Of a stretch of DNA of 64,000 bases, positions 39,556-52,767 are shown piece by piece. The position numbers and the translations under genes were made by a program. Below the pieces are notes generated by a model that worked only from the letters and a program-made list of their open reading frames with translations, searched no databases and was not told the DNA's origin. The stretch is from Squalus acanthias (taxonomy: Eukaryota), in NCBI GenBank assembly GCA_030390025.1, contig CM059430.1:11098001-11162000 (forward strand). Reading direction: 5' to 3'. The first letter of the stretch is position 1. Every line of letters begins with the position of its first letter.

Positions 39556-40519
39556 CTGAAAAGTGTGAGGTGATGCATTTTGGGAGGACTAACAAGGCAA
39601 GGGAATACACAATGAATGGTAGGACCCTAGGAAGGACAGAGGATCAGAGGGACCTTGGTGTGCATGTACATAAGATCCTGAAGGCAGCAGGACAGGTAGA
39701 TAAGGTGGTTAAAAAGGCATATGGGATACTTGCCTTCGTTAGCCGAGGCATAGAATATAAGAGCAGGGAGGTTATGATCGAGCTGTACAAAACGTTAGTT
39801 AGGCCACAGCTGAAATACTGTGTGCAATTCTGGTCGCCACACTATAGGAAGGATGTGATTGCATTGGAGAGGGTGCAGAGGAGATTCACCAGGATGTTAC
39901 CTGGGCTGCAGCGCTTCAGCTATGAAGAGAGACTGGACAGGCTGGAGTTGTTTTCCTTAGAGCAGAGAAGGCTGAGAGGGGACCTGATTGAGGTGTACAA
40001 AATTATGAGGGGCATAGATAGGGTAGATAGAAAGGAACTTTTCCCCTTAGTAGAGGGGTCAATAACCAGGGGGCATAGTTTCAAGGTAAGGGGCAGGAGG
40101 TTTAGAGGGGATTTGAGGAAAAACTTTTTCACCCAGAGGGTGGTTGGAATCTGGAACTCACTGCCTGAAAGGATGGTAGAGGCAGGAACCCTCACAACAT
40201 TCAAGAAGCATTTAGATGAGCACTTGAAACGTCATAGCATACAAGGCTATGGACCAAGTGCTGGAAAATGGGATTAGAATAGACAGGGCTTGATGGCCGG
40301 CGCGGACACGATGGGCCGAAGGGCCTCTTTCTGTGCTGTATAACTCTATGACTCTATGAAAGCATGCAGACATCCTTGGAGCATGTGCAAGCTCCAGGGC
40401 CACCTGATGTGAGACTGAGTAGCCTACTTTTTGTGCTTATTTCCATTGGTCCCACCAAAATTGGACTATAGGGATCAGTCTCACGGCACTACTTCTACTA
40501 CTTGAGTTTCTCCTTTGTG

Positions 40520-42310
40520 TCTCACTGACCAGAACTGGACATAGAACGCTAGGTGCGGTCCGACTAGAGCACAACTTCCTCCGATTTGTATTCTACTGTT
40601 CTGTCTATATAGTTCAACATTTTACTGGCTTTGTTTATTGCTGCTCTCTATTGGTTGGACATGTTGAATGTCGAATTTACTAAGACTCCTCGATCTCTTT
40701 TGGCTTTTCCCTTGGTTGTGTCACCATCATTCATGGAGTAGGTGTGCCACTTACTATTTTCTTATGTGCAGTATTTTATATATGTCTGGATTAAATTTCA
40801 CCTGCCCTTGTTCTGCCCACTGACACGTGTTAGCCAACTTGCTTTGTAATTTCTGCCTCCTCTAATTCCACTTCTCCTTCTAGTTTGTTATCATTTGCAA
40901 ATTTGACCACTTTGTATTGAGATTCTGAATCCAAGTCATTTATGTAATTTAGAAACAGACACGGCCCTGATACCAAACCCTAGGTTACTCCATTTAGTCC
41001 TTCTCCCCACCCTGACATAACTCTTCTATTGAGTACTCCTTTTTTAATCTTCAGCTCATTTGTCACCTACTCTCAGGGTTTACCATGAACCCCTACAGCT
41101 TTGAGTTTAACTAATAACCTTTTGTGAAGAACATTGTTAAATACCTTTTGGAAGTCTAGGTACACCATGTTGTTTGGTGTTCTACAGTCTCAAGGAAGTT
41201 GGTCAAGCAAGATCTTCTACTTCTGAATCAGTGTTTATGAGGTTATCACTGTATAGACATTCTTGAATTTTAATCCTGATATCAATTCCTTTATTTTACA
41301 TGGAATGAAATTATAGCATAGAATCATAGAATAGTTGCAGGACAGAAGGAGGCCATTCTGCCCGTTGAGCCTGTGCCGGCTCTCTGCAAGAGCACTTCAG
41401 CTAGTCCCACTCCCCCGCCCTTTCCCCGTAGCCCTGCAAATTATTTTCCTTCAGGTACTTATCCAATTCCCTTTTGAAAGCCACGATTGAATTTGCCTCC
41501 ACCACCCTTTCAGGCAGTGCGTTCCAGATCCTAACCACTCGCTGCATAAAACAGTTTTTCCTCATGCCGCCTTTGTTTCTTCTGCCAATCACCTTAAATC
41601 TGTGTCCTCTGGTTCTTGATCCTTCTGCCTATGAGAGCAGTTTTTCTCTATCTACTCTGTCTAGACCCTTCATGATTTTGAACACCTCTATCAAATCTCC
41701 TCTCAACCTTCTCTGCTCAAAGGAGAACAACCCCAGCTTCTCCAGTCTATCCACGTAACTGAGGTCCCTCATCCCTGGAACCATTCTTGTAAATCTTTTC
41801 TGCACCCTCTCTAAGGCCTTCACATCCTTCCTAAAGCGCGGTGCTCAGAATTGGACACAATACTCCAGTAGAGGTCGGAGCAGTGTTTTATAAAGGTTCA
41901 TCATAACTTCCTTGCTTTTGTACTCTATGCCTCAATTTATGAAGCCCAAGATCCCGTATGCTTTTTAACCGCTTTCTCAACCTGCCCTGCCACCTTCAAC
42001 GATTTGTGCTCATATACCCCCAGGTACAGAACTAATGATCTGTAGTTGCCTGTGTCTGTTTTGTTATCATTTTAGAATATGGGCACCATGTTAATCTGTT
42101 TCCAATCTAGTGGTACCTTTCCAGTGACTCAGTTACAATAATTGTCAATGCCTAACAAATTTCCTTCATGGCCTCGCTCAACACTGTTGGACAAATACCA
42201 TCTATCGCTGAAGATTTATGTTTTGATTGATTTTCCTTAGGTTATCTCTGTTTGGGGAAGGCATGTTCCTTGTGTCTTCCCTCGTGAATACTTGGAGGAA
42301 ATAATCATCT
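40520..42310 (-). mobile_element. Old degenerate CR1-like LINE, interrupted by a younger CR1 at 41315-42025
   Basis: Remnant RT motifs on plus strand as reverse complements (tcatttgcaaattt, ccttttggaagtctagg, tgatctgtagttgcc). Confidence 0.55.
41315..42025 (-). mobile_element. CR1 LINE 3' fragment
   Basis: LERVQKRFTRMVPG, RVVRIWNALP; 3' hairpin and tail. Confidence 0.9.
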
Positions 42311-43312
42311 CCCAACCGCCCCCCCCCCCCCCAATTAAAATAAATTTGCAAGCTATTTGTACATAATAGAAGTATAAAGTGAGTCTGGAATTATTTTTTA
42401 GACCATCTCACTTTATTATACAGTTTACAACGTTCATTAAAAAACTTGTTCCTTATACCTCTCTAAATTGCATTTCACTAAATACAACCTACTATTAGCA
42501 GATTACATTTCCAAAATCCACAAAAATGTTTTCAACCACTCGACCACCAGAATAAATGATCAAAGGACATGCAATTTAAAAAGCTTTAGTTTGTAGTGGG
42601 AATCAGATTTTTTTCTGCCAAGGAGGCCAAATATTGAGTATTTTTATCCATAGGAATGCATTTCAATAACTGGTATTTTCATTTTTAAAAACCCTAAATG
42701 ATAGGGGATTACACTCAACCACCATACAAACAAAACATGATATGCTTGCAACAGGAGTGAGAACTTTTGAGACAGCCCCTTACGCAATCTGCACGCATTC
42801 GCAGTGAGTTTCAAGTGTGTTTTGTATCTTTGTGACAATGCTGTACAAATATAACCTTTTTTTTAAAAGAAGTTTTAAAATATAATCTTTCAATAGTGTT
42901 TTTAGGTTAAAGTGAGATGTGCATTCTTAAAGGAACCACTGTCTTCATATAAAAAAAAATAAAAACACAGTATGAGGAAGAGAAAGAGTCAGAAGAGCCT
43001 GGTGTTAGTTTCATTACCATGATGTCACACATAAGTGGCATGGTGATGTGTTCCAGTGCAAATAAATGAGAAGGACTTGTGGAGCTTTTTTTGTACATAA
43101 AAGTGGTTGTCCAATCTTGATGAATATTTACATCGATGGTTTGGAACAGTCAGTTCCACCTAGTGTGACCAGGGCAATCGCACAGGAAATACACAAAAAC
43201 ATCTCAAACACCTTTCACCTGTCCTAGAAAGAGGTGGTCCGAAGTATTTTATTAAGATATTTGTAAATAATGCCGTTTTAAAGTCTGAAAAATGCTTGAA
43301 ACAGTATAAAAT

Positions 43313-43380
43313 GAAAGAAAGACTTATATTTATATAGCGCCTTTCATGACCTCAGGATGTCCTATAGTGATTCACAGCTC
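43313..43380 (-). mobile_element. DeuSINE/L2 tail fragment
   Basis: aaagaaagacttatatttatatagcgcctttcatgacctcaggatgtcc. Confidence 0.6.
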
Positions 43381-45054
43381 TTATTTACGCTCTTAGCTGA
43401 CCAACTATTCAGTATTTTTGAGTTGGTTAATAAGCCATTAATAGAAATTAGCTTCGTGGCTTCAAATCTTGATGAATATTAATTGAAAGCAAACACAATT
43501 TTTTTTTTACATGAACTAGCAGACGGAGCACTTTGTCTCTGAAATTATTGAAATACATTCAGCCCAATACCAGTTAAGCTGAACACTTCTGAAACAGATT
43601 TCTGTACTGCGGCTTACACATTATTTCCTGGAGTGAAGCAGAAATATTTATTCTTTTAGGGTTCCCTGATGTCCACTTCAGTGCATTTGGAGGTCAGGAT
43701 TTGCACATTTACAGTTTAGTTACTCCATGTCAAAGGCACTACTGAAACTGATGAAGGCAACATAGCGACTGACTCATTTGAAACTGATTATACAAATCGC
43801 ATAATGAAAGAGCATGCAGACCTCAAGAACGCATGAGTAATGAGCTTCAAGCATTGGGTTCCATAAATACGCCAACGCATACTTCATTGGAAAAATGTCT
43901 TTACTTAGAACAATCTAAACCTACAGAGAAATAAACCCGCTTGTGAATTTTTCCAAAACGAAACATTTGTGTAGTCACGCAAAAGCATATTTACTTTAGC
44001 ATGTTGTTATACACGCGATACTCGTTTGAGACCAATACCTTCTCAGGGAACGCACAGGGAGGCAGGTTCGGGAAAATAGAGCTCTGCCCAAGTGTGCTTC
44101 CTTTCATGGCTCCCTGCTAACGTGAAAAAGTGCTGGAGAACCTTTTAGACAGTTTTACACCAATTGCAGTTATACTGCCAAAGCAGTGTGAGATTATCTT
44201 CTCAAGATAGTGTCACGCTGCTTGGCTCAATTTGATGCACATCAGAATTACATAAAAAATGCATTAATTCAAAGGCCAGAAACTTTGCATTGGCATAAAC
44301 AGAGTATTAAAACTAGTCCATTACATTCCTCTATATGATGAGTCTGCACAGGCTGCTAGTTAGCCGTGCATGCACTGTGCACTTAGCTCGTCTCTGGCTC
44401 CTGGCCTAATTGATGTCAACAGGACCTTCAAGTCAGTCATGTTTTACTATAGTCATATGCTTTATACACATGTATGTTTTCAGAGGACTTCTAAACGATT
44501 GGCTTGGTCACCATCATAAATTGATTTTCCTTTCCCCGCCTTAACAATAAGCGGCTTTTTTTTCTTTTTATTCACTTCTTTCCTCTCCTTTTTCATTCCC
44601 TTCCTCCTACTCCTTAGGTCCCCCTCATGCCACACACCATTTTCCTGGTCAGTGCCCAGCCATGCATCCTTTCTATATTTTTTGCTTACCACTCTTGCGT
44701 AGCATTAGTGTGCATGGACTAATGCTCTGATTATTCCTCTGCCTAAGGGAAATCACTTGTCTCCAATCAGCTGTGTTCTCAGCAGAGTTTAAAATGTTAT
44801 TCATCAAGTAAGGTAAATGACTCTTGTTTATTAGGGGTTGGTGGGAAGGAGCGCTGTGGTGATTTTGTACTGAAGATGAAGGATGTTAGTACAGGGGAAT
44901 AGGATACTTTTCCACTTGTTTGGACTCAGGTAATGTATTAGTATTAACTGCAGGTCAAAGTTAGAGCAAAGGTCCGTATAATTGTTGGTCTTTAAACTAT
45001 TTCTATAAACTGCTTGTGATAATAAGCATATTTTTACTGATGTGATAACACCCT

Positions 45055-46627
45055 GCGGTAGAGTTTCCGCTAGGTTACGCTGGTTTGAAGAGCGCGAGTT
45101 GCCTGAAATCAGCCAAACCAGCGTAAAAGGTCGAGAAATTTCAAGCGCAAGTTATGTCCAGTGCAAATCAAGTTTCCACGATATTTTACGCTGGTTTAAA
45201 AAACATTGGCCCAGAAATTCACGTGTCCAGCTTGCCGCGGGGGTAAAGGATCGCGCGCGCTCTTACCTACCACGCCTGCTGTTGTGTTTTGGGCCCACGG
45301 GAACTTCGGGTCCTGGGCCTCTCCCAACTGCCGGCGCGCAGTGCTTGCGTGTTCCAGGGGCGCAGTTAGTGCGATGCGACCCCTGGGATCACGTGGGCCA
45401 TGGAGAGCCAATGGCAGCAGACCATCTTTCATTCATAGATTTGACAGGAGACCTGTCAAATCTGTGAATTAAAATCGGCCCCAAAAGAACAGCTAAACTT
45501 AAAATAAATTTTTTTTAAAACCATCACATTTATAAAATAACTATAGTTAAATAAATTAACCACTTTAAACAAAAATTTTTGAAAAAATTAAAATACTTTT
45601 TAAAAGTTATAAAAATAAACTTACCTTTCTTTAAAGTATCTAAAAAAGATAAGCCTGTTGAAAATTTTTTAAAATTATACTTAATTAACCACTTACCTTG
45701 TTCAAAAGGGGTCTTATGCCTCCTTTTTATTAGCGTAGTATCTTCAATACTTACCCTCGTGTAGAAACCTGAAAAAAATCTAAGTGTGCTGCGTGCACGC
45801 AGCCTCTAGTGCGCACGCGGTTCACCTAGGAACTGCCCCCTTCACCATACCGGAAGTTCCGGTTTCCCACGCATGCGCAGTGCATGCAGGAAACCGGCAC
45901 TTCGGGAATGAATATGGGTGAGTACGGACTGTGTACTCACCCGGGAAGGGCCGAATTTTTGGGCCATTGTGCTGGAAGCCGGCCCCGCCCACAAAACTGG
46001 CCCCGCCCCCAGATTGAATTAATGAGCTTGGCGAGTTTCCGTCAATTACGCCCATTTGCGGCCCTTCAAGGAGGCGCTTCAAATTAAGCTGGCTTTTTAG
46101 GTTCAAAAGTTTTTAAATATTAAAAATATTTAATTGACTATGAAACTGACTACTGTACACCAACGAAACTAGTAAATGGTTCAGTATTGTTATTTAAAGT
46201 GATTTTCAGTTATTTAAAATCAGGTTACTCACAGGTGGTGGACTAGACACTCTTATTAAAAATGCTTATTTTTGGTGATAAACCCATTTTCAGCTGTATT
46301 AATAAAACTGCATCAGGTTCTCTTAAATACATCAAGGAATATTTTTTAATGCAAGGGGAAAATAATGAATAATTACATTCTAAAACGTTGCCTGATTGCG
46401 CTGGTTCATGGAAGATTCCACTTTCATGATTATGCAAATGAGTTTGAGCGGTAGCTTGAGCCATAACTTCACTTTGGAAAACCAGCGCAATTTCGAGCAC
46501 AATTTGCACCTGGATTGCCGATTGCGCCCAAAGCAGAAAATCTACTAAGTTGCACTTACGCCTTATTACATCAATTTGTAAAATGGGCTGGCGACTCACT
46601 ATTTTACACAAAGTCAAGATCTACCCC
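45055..46627. mobile_element. Harbinger-like element family B (inverted vs 21181 copy), hosting family A copy 3
   Basis: Ends GCGGTAGAGTTT / AAGATCTACCCC; 45970-46530 is a reverse-complement match to 21200-21730. Confidence 0.65.
45208..45965. mobile_element. Harbinger-like non-autonomous element, family A, copy 3 (758 bp)
   Basis: GGCCCAGAAATTC ... GAATTTTTGGGCC; perfect TSD ATT/ATT; highly similar to copy 2. Confidence 0.85.
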
Positions 46628-46842
46628 ACTGATTTTGTTGGGCTACAGTTCCAGAAGTGTTGGCAGTCCTCTGGTACTTTACCCAAAATGTAAGCCTACA
46701 CAATGAAAGCCAGCAGGTTATTCTGTGATGGGGAGCAATCACAGCCAAGCCCACTCACGTTCTTCACTCAACACCTGCACGTACACACTTTCTGGACAGC
46801 AATAAGGAACAGCTTGTTGTCCTACTCTAGGCTGCAGACATT

Positions 46843-46979
46843 GGGATAGATTTTCAACTTGCCGCCCGGATGTAAAACCGCCTTTGCGGACCGACTACCC
46901 ATTATAGACACCGATACTTTTCATTTCCATTGATTTCATTGTTCCGCAACGCTGGGTCAGCAAGTTAAAAATCTACCCT
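46843..46979. mobile_element. Small MITE with GGG(A/G)TAGATTTT ends inside an old SINE-like repeat
   Basis: GGGATAGATTTTCAACTTGC ... GCAAGTTAAAAATCTACCCT. Confidence 0.6.
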
Positions 46980-47297
46980 ACTGAGTCCAATTAAACTGCA
47001 CCTACTACCATCAGCTAGCTCAACACAGATCAGATCAAACCTGGGACTTTCCTGGTCTGCATGTTTCCGTCCTACACCAGGCATTCCATTTATCTGCGGA
47101 CAAATAATCATATTGATAAAATGGACTGCGTTTTACCAAAAGAAAAAATTGAACTTGCGTGTCCTCAGGTGGAACAAACTTCATTAAAAATGATTGATTA
47201 TTCCACAATTTGAAAAATTAGTCTCAGGAGGTGAGGTGATGGCATGCAGTAGAGCCGCAGAGTGGTGAAGTGTTGGGTTGTCGTCCATCCTTCCGTT

Positions 47298-50200
47298 ACA
47301 TAAGAACATAAGAAATAGGAGCAGGAGTAGGCCATTTGGCCCCTCGAGCCTGCTCCACCATTTAATGAGATCATGGCTGATCTGATCTTAGGATCAGTTC
47401 CATTTCGCTGCCTGCTCCCCATAACATAAGTGGGCAACACGGTGGCATAGTGGTTAGCACTGGTGCCTCACAGCGCCAGGGACCCGGGTTCGAATCCGGC
47501 CTCGGGTGACTGTCTGTGTAGAGTTTGCACATTCTCCCCGTGTCTGCGTGGGTTTCCTCCAGGTGCTCCGGTTTCCTCCCACAGTCCAAAAATGTGCGGG
47601 TTAGGTTGATTTGGCTATGATAAATTGACCCTTAGTGTTAGGGAGGGATTAAATATGTGGGGTTATGGGGATGGGATATGTTAGGGGGAATTAAATATGT
47701 GGGGTTACGGGGATAGGGTGGGATAGGTGCAGGCTCGATGTGGGGATTCGGTGTGAGAAAGCAGGGACAGGGTACTGGATTTGGATGATCAGCCATGATC
47801 GTATTGAATGGTGGAGCAGGCTCGACGGGCCGAATGGCCTACTCCTGCTCCTAGTTTCTATGTTTCTATAACCCATCACTCTCTTATTGTTCAAAAATCT
47901 GTCTGTCTCCACCTTAAATATATTTAATGACCCAGCCTCCACAGCTCTTTGGGGCAGAGAATTCCACAGATTTACGACCCTTTGAGAGAAGAAATTCCTC
48001 CTCATCTGAATTTTAAATGGGCGACCCCTTATTCTGAAACTATGCCCTCTAGTTCTAGATTCCCCCATGAGGGGAAACATCTTCTCTGCATCTACCTTGT
48101 CGAGCCCCCTCAGTATCTTATATGTTTCAATGAGATCAGCTCTCATTCTTCTAAACTCCAATGACTATAGGCCCAACCTACTCAACCTTTCTTCATAAGT
48201 CAACCCCTTCATCTCAGGAATCAACCTCGTGAACCTTCTCTGAACTGCCTCCAATGCAAATATTTCCCTCCTTAAATAAGGAGACCAAAACTGTACGCAG
48301 TACTCCAGGTGTGGTCTCACTAATACCTTGTACAGTTGTAGCAGGGCTTCCCTGCTTTTATACTCCATCTCCCTTGCAATAAAGGCCAACATTCCATTTG
48401 CCTTTTTGATTACTTGCTGTACCAGCATGCTAACTTTTTTTCTTTCATGTACAAGGACCCCCAGGTCCCTCTGTACTGCAGCATTTTGTAATCTCTCTCC
48501 ATTTAAATAATAATTTGCTTTTTTATTTTTCCTACCAAAGTGGATAACCTCACACTTTCCCACATTATACTCCATCTGCCAAATGTTTGCCCACTCACTT
48601 AGCCTGTCTATATCCCTTTGCAGGTTCTTTGTGTCCTCTTCACAACTTGCTTTCCCACCTACCTTTGCATCATCAGCAAATTTGGCTACATTACACTTGG
48701 TCCCTTCATCCAAGTCATTTATATAGATTGTAAATAGTTGAGGCCTCAGCACTGATCCCCGTGGCACCCCACTAGTTACCATTTGCCATCCGGAAAATGA
48801 CCCATTTATCCCAACTCTCTGTTTTCTGTTAGTTAGCCAATCCTCTATCCATGCTAATATATTACCCCCAACCCCGTGATCTCTTATCTTGTACAGTAAC
48901 CTTTTATGTGGCACCTTATCGAATGCCTTCTGGAAATCCAAATACACCACATCATTGGTTCCCCTTTATCCACCCTGCTCGTTACATCCTCAAAGAACTC
49001 CAGCAAATTTGTCAAACATGATTTCCCTTTCATAAAACCATGCTGACTCTGCTTGACTGTATTATGATTCTCTAAATGTCCTGCTACTGCTTCCTTAATA
49101 ATGGACTCCAGCATTTTCCCAATGACAGATGTGTTAGGCTAACTGGTCTATAGTTTCCTGCTTTCTGTCTCCCTCCCTTCTTAAATAGGGGCGTTACATT
49201 TGCGGTTTTCCAATCCACTGGGACCTTTCCAGAGTCTAGGGAATTTTGGTAGATTGCAACCAATGCATCCACCATCTCTGCTGCCACTTCTTTTAAGACT
49301 GTAGGATGCAGTCCATCAGGTCCAGGGGATTTGTCCACCTTTCGCCCCATTATTTTACCGAGTACTTTTTCTTTAGTGATAGTGATTGTTTTACGATCCC
49401 CCCTCCCTATAGCCCCTTGATTATGTATTATTGGGATGGTTTTAGTGTCTTCTACCGTGAAAACTGATACAAAATATTTGTTCAAAGTCTCTGCCGTTTC
49501 CCTGTTCCCCATTATTAATTCCCCAGTCTCATCCTCTAAGGGACTAACGTTTACTTTAGTTACTCTCTTCCTTTTTATATACCTGTTGAAGCTCTTACTA
49601 TCTGTTTTTATATTTCTTGCTAGTTTACTCTCATAATCCATCTTCTCTCTCTTGGCAACATTGTATGCCTTTGTTTTCAATTTGATACCATCCTTTACTT
49701 CCTTAGTTAGCCACAGATGGTTCTCCCTTCTCTTAAAGTCTTTCCTTCTCACTGGAATATATTTTTGTTGAGAGTTATGAAATATCTCCTTAAATGTCTG
49801 CCATTGCTTATCAACTGTCTTACCCTTTAATCTATTTTCCCAGTCCACTTTAGCCAACTCTGCCTTCATACCTTTGTAATTGCCTTTATTTAAGATCATT
49901 TGAGATCCAACTTTCTCACCCTCCAATTAAATTTGAAATTCAACCATGCTATGATCACTCTTTCCCAGAGGATCCTTTACTATGAGATCATTTATTAATC
50001 CTGTCTCATTACACAGTACCAGATCTAAGATAGCCTGCTCCCTGGTTGGTTCCACAACATATTGCTCTAGGAAACCATCCTGGATACACTCTATGAACTC
50101 TTCCTCGAGGCTACCTTGGCCAATTGGATTTGTCCAATCAATATGAAGATTAAAATCGCCCATGATTATTGCTGTACCTTTCTTACAAGCCTCCATTATT

Positions 50201-50498
50201 TCTTGATTTGTATTCTGTCCAACAGTGTAGCTACTGTTAGGGGGCCTATAGACTACGCCCAGCAGTGACTTCTTTCCGTTATTATTTCTTATCTCCACCC
50301 AAATTGATTCTACATCTTTCCTTTCTGTCTATCCTTCCGAAATGTCAAATACCCCTGAATATTCAGTTCCCAGCCTTGGTCACCTTGCAACCACGTCTCT
50401 GTAATGACTATCAGATCATACCCATTTATATCTATTTGTGCCATCAACTCATCTATCTTGTTACGAATGCTGTGTGCATTCAGATAAAGAGCTTTTAA
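47298..50498 (-). mobile_element. Long CR1 LINE (EN + RT + 3' UTR), frameshifted, with V-SINE inserted in its 3' UTR
   Basis: GVVYRPPNS, MGDFN, KSPGPDG, YRPVSLT, DFQKAFDKVPH, KFADDAK, LVRPHLEYC motifs. Confidence 0.92.
47432..47869 (+). mobile_element. V-SINE (HE1-like), full length with CR1-derived tail
   Basis: tRNA head GGTGGCATAGTGGTTAG / GGTTCGAATCC; V core GAGTTTGCACATTCTCCCCGTGTCTGCGTGGGTTTCCTCC. Confidence 0.9.
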
Positions 50499-50599
50499 TT
50501 AGTTCTTAATCTGAGATGTAATACTGTGGGAATCCACTAAGTGAAGGCCATGAATGCTTTTGAAGTAACACTGGCATCGGTAGAGGATTAAGAATGGCT

Positions 50600-50885
50600 T
50601 CTCTGCTCAGGCAGTTGTAAAAGATCCCACGGCATTACTTGAAGGTGATCAGGGAGTTCTCCCTGTCCTCGCCAACCTTCCTCCCTCAGCTAATACCACC
50701 AAAAGAAAAGATTTTCTGGTCATTTATTCATTTGCAACTTTTGGGATCTTGCTGTGTGCAAATTAGCGACCATGTTTCCTTACTTAACAACAGTGACTGC
50801 ACTGCAAAAGTAATCCATTTGTTGTAAACATCTTGGGTTGACCTGTGGACATGATAAGGAGCTATATATAAAGGCAAGTTCCTTC
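50600..50885 (+). mobile_element. DeuSINE 3' part, diverged
   Basis: gtaaaagatcccacggcatt...gggatcttgctgtgtgcaaatt...gctatatataaaggcaagtt. Confidence 0.7.
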
Positions 50886-51159
50886 TTCCTTTGTCTGGCC
50901 TTTTGGATGGTGACGCTGTATTGAACTGCGAGAGAAGGAAAAATATAGTAAACTATCTTTAAAAAAGTTGTTCTCACCAGGAAGTTAATTGATCAGGATT
51001 GCCAATAGGCAGACTTTTCTGTATTTAGGTAGGTTTGCAATTTTACCAGGTGATATCCTGCGGACTGGGTGAAAATCATACAATCACTTTGAGTCACATC
51101 TCTTTAATCACAGACCACAATTACAAGTCAGTACAACTTCTTGTTATCTGAACAGTTTT

Positions 51160-51502
51160 ACATAGAATTACATAGAAACTACAGCACAGAAACAGACCAT
51201 TCGACTCAACTGGTCTATGTCAGTGTTTATGCTCCAAACGAGCCTCCTCCATCATCTCCCCCGATCAACATAGCCTTCTATTCCTTTCTCCCTCATGTGT
51301 TTATCGAGCTTCCCCTTAAATGCATCTATGCTCTTCGCCTCAACTACTCCACGTGGCAGCGAGTTCCACATTCTCACCACTCTCTGAGTAAAGAAGTTTC
51401 TCCTGAATTTCTTATTGGATTTATCAGTGACTATCTTATATTTATGGTCTTTAGTTTTGGACTCTCCCACAAGTGGAAACATCTTCTCTATGTCTACCCT
51501 AG
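51160..51502 (-). mobile_element. CR1 LINE 3' fragment
   Basis: RRNFFTQRVVRMWNSLP; tail repeats. Confidence 0.85.
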
Positions 51503-51996
51503 GTTTGAGGTGAGAACATCTATCCACAATTTTTTACACTAATATCAATGTATATGGAAAACATAATTAGCACTAAATTTAAACAAAACTAAATACATAG
51601 AAAAGACTGCCATAGCATGCCATCAATGCAATAAGAGGAGGTTCATTTACAAAAAATTGGACATATTTTCATTACGGAAGGGATACAAGCAGGGAATTAG
51701 GAAAATTCCAGGTCTAGACTTCAAATTACTTAGAATCAAAATTTTATTATATGAAAACAGGGAAGTACCTTCCCCAAGAGGTTCAGTAGGTTTATACACT
51801 GAGTAGATTAGCCACCAGGCCAGGAAGGTCCCAGTTTCAGTGGGCATTGAGGTTCTACAATTGGCACCTGCAAGTGTGTCCCAATCCTGATCGCTATCCG
51901 ATAACCCTTGGTGAAAGCACATGTTTGTGGTGGTTTGGGCTAGACCGGGGTGTTCCTCCTGATGGAATAATGGGTAGGTAGCAGGAGGAGATCAGC

Positions 51997-52480
51997 AACA
52001 ACAACTTGCATTTATATCGTGCTTTAACATAACAAAACGTCTCAAGGTGCTTCACAGGAAGATGATCAGACAAAAATTGACACTAAGCCAAAGTGGGAGC
52101 CATTATGAGAGGTGACCAAAAGCTTGGTCAAAGTTCTAAGGTGCATTTTAAAGGAGGAGAGAGAGGTGGAGAGGTTTAGGGAGGGAATTCCAGAGTTTAG
52201 GGCTGAAGGCACCGCTGCCAATGGTGGGGCGAAGGATGTTGGTGATGCACAAGAGTCCAGAATTGGAGGAATGCAGAGTTCCTGAAGGGTTATAGAACTG
52301 GAGTAGGTTACAGAGATAGGGAGGGGCAAGGCCATGACGATATTTGAACACAAGGTTGAGAATTTCAAATTTGAGGCGTTGGTGGACCGGGAGCCAATGT
52401 AGCTCAACGAGCACAGGGGTGATGGGTGAACGGGACTTGGTGCAGGTTAGGATACGGCTAGCAGAGTTAGGATATGGGCA
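51997..52480 (-). mobile_element. L2 LINE 3' end
   Basis: ELHWLPVHQRLKFEILNLVFK...GLAPPYLCNLL; tail ATATAAATGCAAGTTGTTG. Confidence 0.8.
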
Positions 52481-52767
52481 GCACCCATGGAAATGTACTC
52501 AAGAAAGAAGTCATCACATTTAGGAGGCGGGGGTAAGGGAGAAAGTTAGAAAAGCAAATTAAAAAAAATATGGAGATGAAAAACATGATATAAATCTTCA
52601 TCTGTGTCAATGATTCTGTGCTCTGTATTACAGAGGAATAGGCTAGATTAATACATTGGCCTTTGTTGAGCTTTATGCCTAGTTGACATGTGCACCATGT
52701 TTCCAATTCAAACTATATAGTAATATGAGGGCAGATTTTCCATATGGTTACAACTGATAAACAGGTG

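Larger units (their letters stand above)
35140..40355 (+). mobile_element. CR1 LINE (RT to 3' end) split into 35140-35618 and 39555-40355
   Basis: Left part ends KFADDTK...QWQMEF; right part resumes PEKCEVMHFGRTN... and ends in (ctatga)n tail. Confidence 0.9.
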
